64,000 nucleotides of DNA. It comes from a virus (Duplodnaviria; Heunggongvirae; Uroviricota; Caudoviricetes). Positions 36,259 to 43,568 of the stretch are shown piece by piece (within the stretch, counting starts at the first letter, position 1; every line of letters starts with the position of its first letter). The DNA is taken from positions 1 through 64,000 of the IMG/VR virus record IMGVR_UViG_3300020048_000019. The stretch is one strand, 5' to 3'. The notes below the pieces were generated by a model. The model was given only the letters and a program-made list of their open reading frames with translations, was not told the origin of the DNA and did not search any database. A program made the translations under genes and the position numbers.

Positions 36259-37357
36259 TTAGGTATTGTTCTAATAGAGTGGGCAATGCAGCCCGTTGCT
36301 GCTGATTGTATTCCACCAGGTGTTGTTGATTGTATTTACAGATGTTACGACTGGCTTCCCAGAAATCACTAGCACCTTGATCCACAATCCAAGCCACTGT
36401 TTCTATTATACGATCTATTCTATCATGTGGGCTATCTATTAGATCAAATGACTCGTCAATCAAATGACCAAACGTTCTAAACCCTGCATTGCGTAAAGAT
36501 CTATAGTAGCCAGGATTAGCAGCTACTACAAATGGGTGTGCCATTAAAATAGGCTTCCAGATCTTTTCTGTTCTAAACGTGTGCGGATAATCAAATATAG
36601 TTTCTGATACCAAGCTAAACCACGAGTCTGTATAGCAGCGCGGATTAACAATAGCATCGCCCCAGGTGTTGTCAAACAGCTGGTGTTTGACAAAGCCACC
36701 ATTGGTATACAAACTAGGCTTTAGATTTTCACGAGCACGATCTATTTCGTATTCTGGGGGCAACAAGCGTATAGGTTCTAGCTTGGCAGTTTCTAACTCA
36801 GACGTAAATGCCATTTCTACAGTGCTTCCTAGGTTGGTCCACAGTGCATGTTCCAGTGCACCTAGTTCACGCAGGCCATCTATTAGATACTTGCGATGAG
36901 GGCGCAAGCGTCCATTTAGGAAAAGAAACGTATAGGGCCTGTAATCTTTGTGGTCCAGAGCCGCTTGTACCTGTGCAGCTTGATTCTCTGTGTATTCTAC
37001 TATGTTGCTGAAGTAACAGTCTGTCTTGCAGTAGCGTATACCGGGCTCTAGATCGCCAGACGTCAACAAACCAATAAAGCCTTTTGCAATCATGTCATGT
37101 ATGCGCAAGCGTTTAAGCTGTAGTAGAATAGTTTCGGATCCTTCTGCAGGGTTTGAAAACACTATCTGTCCCGGATGTAGCAGGGCCCAGGCATTTATTT
37201 CAGCCCAGTGCTGTTTCAGCAGCACACGCCCCACAATATACACAGCATCAGAATCTAGTTCAGCAGGCCACTGCCAGAATGACCCATCGGCATAAGGCTT
37301 TAGCAGGTCCCAGGTCTCGGCCCATTCATCCACATGGATCTTATGTGGTCCTAGCAT
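36245..37357 (-). CDS. fucosyltransferase-like (GT10-like) glycosyltransferase, paralog 5 of 5
   Basis: ETIFDYPHTFRTEKIWKPILMAHPFVVAANPGYYRSLRNAGFRTFGHLIDESFD. Confidence 0.5.
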   Translation of the reverse strand: MLGPHKIHVDEWAETWDLLKPYADGSFWQWPAELDSDAVYIVGRVLLKQHWAEINAWALLHPGQIVFSNPAEGSETILLQLKRLRIHDMIAKGFIGLLTSGDLEPGIRYCKTDCYFSNIVEYTENQAAQVQAALDHKDYRPYTFLFLNGRLRPHRKYLIDGLRELGALEHALWTNLGSTVEMAFTSELETAKLEPIRLLPPEYEIDRARENLKPSLYTNGGFVKHQLFDNTWGDAIVNPRCYTDSWFSLVSETIFDYPHTFRTEKIWKPILMAHPFVVAANPGYYRSLRNAGFRTFGHLIDESFDLIDSPHDRIDRIIETVAWIVDQGASDFWEASRNICKYNQQHLVEYNQQQRAALPTLLEQYLNERS

Positions 37358-38759
37358 AGTAAGCGCACTCCTCCCAGAATGATTGCATTTCGGGAAAGGT
37401 CTTTAAAAAATCTGTACCACGGCGCTGATCATGTTCATTAAAGAAACGATAGAAGTCGCCTTTGCGCTGTGCAACTACATCGGCGGGTAGATTCTTTCCG
37501 TCACGCATCCATTCTATGTCACGATCCCAGCGCTGGATTTCATAGTCCTTGAATCCTTTAAAAGGCTCCTCGGGCTTTTCAATTTGACGCAACATCCAGG
37601 CCCAGATCAATTCCAGCTGATCCACATAGCTTTCGGGCAGCAATTGCAAGCTTTGCCAAGCAGGTTCGCGTAGTACAGGAGTATCAAACCACACTCGTTG
37701 ATATGTTTCACTGTAGGTTTTACGCAGGCCCAGGATACCTGCCAACAAGTAGCCCACGCCAGTAACGCTGAGATTGTTCATTGTGACAATAAATGTGATG
37801 CTGCTACGGCCGGGGATTTCTGTTAGAAATTGATTTACTCTGTCCCATACCAGATCAAAGTTCAGGCCATTTCTAATGTATTCTGCTTGATCGCCCCAGG
37901 TGTCCAAGCTAACATACTGCATAAAATGTTCTAGGTTGCCTTCTTGGCACAGTTGTTTTACATAGCCTAGGTACTTTTGCCATGACTTTTCATCTACTGA
38001 GAAGTTTGACGTCACATTTAGGTGCAGCTTGGGACTGGGGTTGGCCAACACATAGTCAAATACTCTGTAGGTATTCCGATCCAGCAAGGGCTCGCCACCA
38101 GTCATTCTAAAGTGTTCAAGCTCAGGGTACAGCTTAGGCCACCACTGCCAAAATGCTTCAACATAGGGATTGTGTTCCCTAGCGGGAATAACACGCCTAG
38201 CCCCTGTAAAGTGTTCAGGAGCATTATGTGGTGTGGAAGTAGCATAAGCGCCATCACGGTTAGCTTCGTCGGCCCAGCTAGAGCTAAACTGGGGACTGCA
38301 ATAACTGCACTTGAGGTTACAAGCATTGTTAAAATTAACTTCAACATAGCTGGGAATGACATCATCTTCTAGTCCTGTTGAATTCTTTATCCGTTCAAAA
38401 TCCACAGCAGCCCATGACTCGCCTGATCTGTAATGGCGATCACTCAGCTGATCATTTGCTTCCATGTTCCAGCAATAGCTACACTCTGCAGGCTTTGTAC
38501 CAGCTAGCATGGCCACACGCTGCTGTTTCTTGTGCTCAGTGTTGTGTAGTGCTGAGGGATTGCGACCAATGTCTTCTATGCTGATCTTGTGCAAGGGAGG
38601 ATGATAACATGAGTTATTGAGTCCCGTGGGCAAGTGTAAACTAACCTGTTTCCATTTGGCCAAACAAAGAGCAGGGCCTAGCTCTGCTCTCATTTGTTCA
38701 GCACTGCTAAGAAACTTGGATTGTGTTCCTACAGACTCATCACCTTTGTTTTGTGTCAT
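37341..38759 (-). CDS. radical SAM enzyme, paralog B3
   Basis: NNACNLKCSYCSP and MTGGEPLL. N-terminal LCLAKWKQVSLHL..SCYHPPLH..MLAGTKPAECSYCWNMEA. An internal ATG at 38759 makes an ATGA overlap. The track start at 38780 is also an ATG. Confidence 0.55.
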   Translation of the reverse strand: MTQNKGDESVGTQSKFLSSAEQMRAELGPALCLAKWKQVSLHLPTGLNNSCYHPPLHKISIEDIGRNPSALHNTEHKKQQRVAMLAGTKPAECSYCWNMEANDQLSDRHYRSGESWAAVDFERIKNSTGLEDDVIPSYVEVNFNNACNLKCSYCSPQFSSSWADEANRDGAYATSTPHNAPEHFTGARRVIPAREHNPYVEAFWQWWPKLYPELEHFRMTGGEPLLDRNTYRVFDYVLANPSPKLHLNVTSNFSVDEKSWQKYLGYVKQLCQEGNLEHFMQYVSLDTWGDQAEYIRNGLNFDLVWDRVNQFLTEIPGRSSITFIVTMNNLSVTGVGYLLAGILGLRKTYSETYQRVWFDTPVLREPAWQSLQLLPESYVDQLELIWAWMLRQIEKPEEPFKGFKDYEIQRWDRDIEWMRDGKNLPADVVAQRKGDFYRFFNEHDQRRGTDFLKTFPEMQSFWEECAYYARTT

Positions 38760-39352
38760 AATGCTCGTTGATCTTTCCATTGTTCAGCTTGGATTTCAGC
38801 TGGCTCAGTTGATTCTAATTCAGCAAATCGTTGTGTCAACTGGTCAATATTCAATATGTTCTTGGATGAATAAGGACTTTTTTTTGTGCGAGTAATCACT
38901 GATGGTATGTTCAACTGTTGACAAACCACTTCACTGCGCCCAATAAAGTCTTCAAACTTCAAGTAATGTCTATTTGTGTAGTGAGTTAATGCATGGTGCG
39001 CACGGTGCCAGTTTTTGTGCCAGTTGTGCTTTTGTTCGAATATATCTAGGTCTGCTACAAATGGCTGTCCATTTCCGCTATATCTAAACCATTCATTGTA
39101 CTGTTCGCAGATCATTGCACTGACAATTTCACTAAACAAATCATTACGAGTCACGTGTATAACCTGCAGGTCAGGCTGATCGGGCAACTGCAACTGTGCG
39201 TCATGACTGTGATACACCATGGATTCTGCAGTGGCGGGCAAAGGTTCTTGATTGCTCATGACCAGTCGCATGCCAAGGCTTTGTGCAATAGTTAGTGCTA
39301 CAAAGATACTGCCGCTACGCCCAGCGCTGCATACTAGGTATTTTACTGTCAT
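38756..39352 (-). CDS. Stf0-like sulfotransferase (PAPS-dependent)
   Basis: 5'-PSB-like VCSAGRSGSIFVA and 3'-PB-like HVTRNDLFSEIVSA (RxDxxxS). Size 198 aa. Confidence 0.45.
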   Translation of the reverse strand: MTVKYLVCSAGRSGSIFVALTIAQSLGMRLVMSNQEPLPATAESMVYHSHDAQLQLPDQPDLQVIHVTRNDLFSEIVSAMICEQYNEWFRYSGNGQPFVADLDIFEQKHNWHKNWHRAHHALTHYTNRHYLKFEDFIGRSEVVCQQLNIPSVITRTKKSPYSSKNILNIDQLTQRFAELESTEPAEIQAEQWKDQRAL

Positions 39353-39939
39353 GATCCAATTTCCAAATATAAGTTTAATCCATGTTGTATATGTTGTTGG
39401 ATTTTGAAATCTGCAGGCAAGGCTGCATCAACTTGTTCCAACGCCTGCTTGTTATTATAGCGCAAACGATGATAGATCATATGTGTTATGGGCATACAGG
39501 TTATTAAATTTCCATGTGGCTGCAACCATGATTGATACCATCTGACTGTGTTTGCGTACTCAATCGGCGTTTTGTATTTGGTCCACTGCTCGCCCAACAT
39601 AACCACTGTGGAATAAGTGTCAGTTACTCTGGGGAAAATACCTGGTGCAATTTCGGGTGTCCAAGGAGCCATTACTGTAGCAAAACTGTCCAATTCAACC
39701 CAACGTGCAACAGGATGGATTAGTTCTACCGCAGGAGCAAAGCTATCAATTGCAGCGATCTTGCCTGGCCGCACACACTGTTGAACAAACTGTGTCAATG
39801 TGCCCGGTCGGCCATGACGTGCTGCTGCATATTCTTGTGCTAGAGGGTGACAACGTTTGTAAAAGCGCCATTGCTCTCGCCAGCTCCGCTGACTCACTGC
39901 TGACATATCAGTTTGTTTAACCACGCTTGAAGTAGGCAT
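39349..39939 (-). CDS. hypothetical protein (about 196 aa)
   Basis: The track start at 39957 is a TTG. First in-frame ATG at 39939. ATGA overlap at the 3' end with the sulfotransferase gene. Confidence 0.4.
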   Translation of the reverse strand: MPTSSVVKQTDMSAVSQRSWREQWRFYKRCHPLAQEYAAARHGRPGTLTQFVQQCVRPGKIAAIDSFAPAVELIHPVARWVELDSFATVMAPWTPEIAPGIFPRVTDTYSTVVMLGEQWTKYKTPIEYANTVRWYQSWLQPHGNLITCMPITHMIYHRLRYNNKQALEQVDAALPADFKIQQHIQHGLNLYLEIGS

Positions 39940-40408
39940 AAGTTGTAGGATGTACAAAATTAAAATACTGCCCCTGATCTAGGCAACTGTGTCTTTTTAT
40001 TTCAGTGTAATCAGGCAAGCTAGTAGCAACGATATTCAGCAAGTCTTGATCATAGTCATCAGTTAGATTGGGCCATGTTTGTTGAGTAGTCACAGTGTAT
40101 TTGTTGATAGCAACATAGACCCAGGCAGGCTGATATTTAACTGAGTTATGCTGTAAGGTTTTTGTGAATTGTTCCAGTACTGTTACAGGATTAGGCAGCA
40201 AGTAAGCCAGCATAAACTTGCTGTCAAAACATGTGCTGCGCACCTTACAATTGGGCAATCGATCAGCAAAATACCCCTGGTCAGGATCACCCTTTAAAGC
40301 CAATTGCAGAACCTGTTGTTCAATACAAAAGTCAATTAGTTCTTGGTCCTGAGCGATTGTACCTTGGTTGTTGTAGTACAGTGATAATTGCCATTGTCGA
40401 GCATTCAT
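39917..40408 (-). CDS. hypothetical protein (163 aa)
   Basis: ATG at 40406-40408 overlaps the upstream TAA by 1 nt (TAATG). The track start is a TTG. Confidence 0.4.
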   Translation of the reverse strand: MNARQWQLSLYYNNQGTIAQDQELIDFCIEQQVLQLALKGDPDQGYFADRLPNCKVRSTCFDSKFMLAYLLPNPVTVLEQFTKTLQHNSVKYQPAWVYVAINKYTVTTQQTWPNLTDDYDQDLLNIVATSLPDYTEIKRHSCLDQGQYFNFVHPTTYAYFKRG

Positions 40409-41334
40409 TACCAACCTTCTAGTTTGCGAATAACATCAATTTCTCTAATCATGATACCTTGGTTGGCCCAGTTGCTGAGATAGTGTTGTTTGAAGAAAGC
40501 GCTTTGCTCGCCTTCAAACATGGCCACGGGCAAGCCCAGTTGAGAACCTAGGTCCAGTCCCACTTGATTGGCCAGAATACGTGGATCGCTATCTTGTACG
40601 CTTAGCCACAACTGTTCTAGTGCATCAAAGCTTTGCACTTCACGATAGTCCCAGCCAGTGAGCATGGTCATGTATGTGCCTTGGCGTGCGCCTGCTATGG
40701 CCCAGTGCCCGTAAGGAGTGTCTGCACCAATGTTGTGCCAGATTGTGAGATGATCAAGATTGCGCTGATGTACTCGATTGGTAAATTCTTCTGCAGTTGG
40801 CCGAACCCCGCGGTCCAGGCACATTTTGACTCCTTCTCGAAAACCAGCTCGCCAGGCTTGCCTAGCATCTCCGTCGGGATAGGTAGTGCTGTAGCAATCG
40901 TGCATGGCCCAGTAACGGGGATCAAAGCAAAATTCAACGTCATTTTCAAGCGCACCATCACTTGCTTCGTGTGTTCGCATGTCAAGAACAAATTCACGAG
41001 TCCACGAACTTAAACCACCATTACCATACATCAATCCATTTATATTATTTCGTGCCCGCCAGCGGAACACAGCATGCTCATATTCCGGTGTAGGAAAATC
41101 CAGCGTTTGATTAAAAAAACCTGGGTCGGGGAGATTGTCTCCGTCAATGAGTATAAACCTATCGGTAGATGATAGTTGCGCGGCTGCTTTATGCGCCGCG
41201 TCAGAACCCTTGACACCATCAACCCGCTGGGCCCAAGGCACCATGTTTTTAATCTGTGCCCAATGCTGTTCTTTGTTTGGTTCATCATAACTCAAGTATA
41301 TGCAGTCTAGATCTGCTATGTCAATTTGCTTCAT
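40408..41334 (-). CDS. hypothetical protein, possible nucleotide-sugar transferase (ILIDGDNLPD, DxD-like)
   Basis: First ATG at 41334 (MKQIDIADLD...). The track start at 41370 is a TTG. Confidence 0.4.
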   Translation of the reverse strand: MKQIDIADLDCIYLSYDEPNKEQHWAQIKNMVPWAQRVDGVKGSDAAHKAAAQLSSTDRFILIDGDNLPDPGFFNQTLDFPTPEYEHAVFRWRARNNINGLMYGNGGLSSWTREFVLDMRTHEASDGALENDVEFCFDPRYWAMHDCYSTTYPDGDARQAWRAGFREGVKMCLDRGVRPTAEEFTNRVHQRNLDHLTIWHNIGADTPYGHWAIAGARQGTYMTMLTGWDYREVQSFDALEQLWLSVQDSDPRILANQVGLDLGSQLGLPVAMFEGEQSAFFKQHYLSNWANQGIMIREIDVIRKLEGW

Positions 41335-41650
41335 GTGTTTTTTTGCTCCAATATGTTCCGTTTTGTTCAACTACTATAGCAACGTCATGTTCATGGCACA
41401 TTGTGCCAGTGTTGTTGGGTACAATTTTTTGTGTAGTTTGCCAGGTCAACTCAACCATTCGGCCATCACGCACTCGCACACAACTGCTGCCGAGGTTGTA
41501 TGCTGCCTGGTCAATCTCAATATATGTACCTGGCAGATCCTCCATGCTGTAGAATAATGGAACGCCCGACTCATCGTGATACAGTCTGTAAAACACCGGC
41601 TGGGGCTCGGGCATGTTGGCTATTGCACCAAAGAATTCTTCAGGTGTCAT
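41321..41650 (-). CDS. hypothetical protein (109 aa)
   Basis: ATG at 41650 gives an ATGA overlap with the upstream stop. Confidence 0.3.
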   Translation of the reverse strand: MTPEEFFGAIANMPEPQPVFYRLYHDESGVPLFYSMEDLPGTYIEIDQAAYNLGSSCVRVRDGRMVELTWQTTQKIVPNNTGTMCHEHDVAIVVEQNGTYWSKKTHEAN

Positions 41651-42417
41651 CTCCAACCTCGACCGTAATGAAATGCACCCCATTGTGCTAGGGTATTAAT
41701 ACGCAGGTGCCAGTCATGATATTCCCATACCAGTTCACGACCCCAGGATTCAGTTTCAGTGTCAGCATGATGTCGCTTCATGTGTACTATTTTGGGATAG
41801 CTAGCAAAGGGCATGGTCACACGTTCTGCACCCATGATCTGTGCTGCCATGGCATAAACCAAATCAGTGTCAGCTGTTTCGGGTGCAAACTTTATTACTT
41901 GTCGGAATTGATCCCAGTTTACGAATATATCACGCACTAGATCAAAGAATTCTTTGGCAGTTTCGCTCAGTCTCCAATAGGTCACAGCGTTGTACACATC
42001 AGGCAAATGATTTGCGTCAAACACTTTTCTGTAGTTTCTTGCAGTACTGACTTGATCTTTCCAGTTTCTGCACCCAGTTGATACTACAACATCTCTATGA
42101 CGAAACATGGTCCACCAGTGTGATATATCACTTACTACCATCATGTCTGCTTCCAGTTTGATGGTTTCTCTAAACGGGGTGTTCCTAAACACTTGCCAGT
42201 CATTGGCCCAGGGGTTGCCAAGATCCACATTGCTTAACACACGATAATGATCATAAACAGGATCATTGCCTTGCGGATCGTCTGTGATCAAACAAACTTG
42301 AGCACCTGGATCCCAGTGTTTGATTGTTTTTGCCAAGGTTCTAGCACAGTCCTGATAGTTGACACTATCAGAATTAATAGCCACAATCACATAACCTTGT
42401 TCGTCAATAGGACGCAA
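41647..42417 (-). CDS. GT-A-like (GT8-type nucleotide-diphospho-sugar) transferase, paralog 1 of 2; TTG start
   Basis: VIVAINSDSVNY near the N-terminus. DxD-like LEADMMVVSDI. The only start is TTG, with GGAG 8 nt upstream. Confidence 0.4.
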   Translation of the reverse strand: MRPIDEQGYVIVAINSDSVNYQDCARTLAKTIKHWDPGAQVCLITDDPQGNDPVYDHYRVLSNVDLGNPWANDWQVFRNTPFRETIKLEADMMVVSDISHWWTMFRHRDVVVSTGCRNWKDQVSTARNYRKVFDANHLPDVYNAVTYWRLSETAKEFFDLVRDIFVNWDQFRQVIKFAPETADTDLVYAMAAQIMGAERVTMPFASYPKIVHMKRHHADTETESWGRELVWEYHDWHLRINTLAQWGAFHYGRGWR

Positions 42418-43210
42418 TTATGTTCTCCAGGTGTTTCTTGCCCATGGCGTGAAAATCTGTACCGTACCAACCAGTTTGTCGTAGCTGGCTGCTACTATCT
42501 TGATAGGTAATGTTATACGCATCGGGAGCAATTTCAGTTAGGGTAGTATCAGGCATGACATTCATTAGTGGCCATGGTATCTCATCAACATGCCCGGTGT
42601 GCCCACTAACAATGCCCAGGGCAATGCTCAAGGCAAAATCGTTGCGATAAGTTTGATTGTTGATGTGGTACAAGTCTCGGTAATGTTGCCAGTTGTCTCG
42701 AATCATTTGCATGCAGTCAAATATGTATTGAGCAGTGTTGCTGCGACGAAACATCATTACTGTGGCCCACCACATGGGCATGTTGTGTTGTCCAAATACG
42801 TTAAGTCCGGGCATGGGATAACCGGTACTCATGTTCATTGCAGTTTTATGACACATGAAATCAGTGTCGTGTTCAAGTAAGCGCTGCAGATCAGCGCTGG
42901 CCACCACATAGTCTGCGTCCAAGACCAGGGTACGATCCCAGGGTGTTAGAGCGTAAGCGTCGACTCTACCCGCATTATGCCAAGTAACTGTTGCGTTGTA
43001 GTCTTCAAACCATCTTGTGCCACCAGACACCGATTGCGACGGTATGACTCGATCGAAGCTGCTGAGTCGAGTATCTGTTGGATCACAGTCGGTGACAATG
43101 GCAACTGGTATGTCAAGGTGTCGACGAATGTTTTGAACACTCCACTCAGCCATAGCAATGTAATCGGTTTGTTCATTGTTGAACGCAAATATGAGTGCGC
43201 CTGTGGTCAT
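42404..43210 (-). CDS. GT-A-like transferase, paralog 2 of 2
   Basis: LIFAFNNEQTDY and VLDADYVV (DxD). Start re-assigned to ATG 43210 (ATGA overlap). The track's N-terminal extension is Cys/Arg-rich junk after a TTG. Confidence 0.4.
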   Translation of the reverse strand: MTTGALIFAFNNEQTDYIAMAEWSVQNIRRHLDIPVAIVTDCDPTDTRLSSFDRVIPSQSVSGGTRWFEDYNATVTWHNAGRVDAYALTPWDRTLVLDADYVVASADLQRLLEHDTDFMCHKTAMNMSTGYPMPGLNVFGQHNMPMWWATVMMFRRSNTAQYIFDCMQMIRDNWQHYRDLYHINNQTYRNDFALSIALGIVSGHTGHVDEIPWPLMNVMPDTTLTEIAPDAYNITYQDSSSQLRQTGWYGTDFHAMGKKHLENIIASY

Positions 43211-43530
43211 CGTTTTTGGTTGTTGGTTTCGTGTTCTACTAGCCAAGCATTCATTTGTTCTTGCCAGCGTTGTTGACTTTGTGCATACAGTTCTTTGGTA
43301 TCCACTTTGACAGGGTGTTCGTACAAGTCTAGTACAACCGCTGTGGCATCGGGGCAAGTTAGCAGTGTGGTTTGCAATTCTGGTCCTGCTTGAAACATGC
43401 CTCCACGATAACCAAACAACATTTTTGCTTGATATTTTTCTTTGAGTATGCGCCGTGCTGTAGCATGATCGAATCTGGCACGGGCGTGAGCTACAAGTTT
43501 GTCAGTATCCATAGTGCTATTGTACAGCAT
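43207..43530 (-). CDS. hypothetical protein (about 108 aa)
   Basis: First ATG downstream of the terminator hairpin at 43545-43563. The track start at 43605 lies inside the terminator. Confidence 0.3.
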   Translation of the reverse strand: MLYNSTMDTDKLVAHARARFDHATARRILKEKYQAKMLFGYRGGMFQAGPELQTTLLTCPDATAVVLDLYEHPVKVDTKELYAQSQQRWQEQMNAWLVEHETNNQKR

Positions 43531-43544
43531 TCGCAGACAAAAGT

Positions 43545-43567
43545 AAAGGGGCAAAAGCCCCTTTTTG
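43545..43567. terminator. bidirectional hairpin terminator aaaGGGGCaaaaGCCCCttttt, 3 nt after the stop of the fibre-like gene
   Basis: Perfect 5-bp GC stem flanked by A3 and T5 (extending the stem) with a 4-nt loop. On the minus strand it is followed by TTTACTTTTG. Confidence 0.55.
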
Positions 43568-43568
43568 G

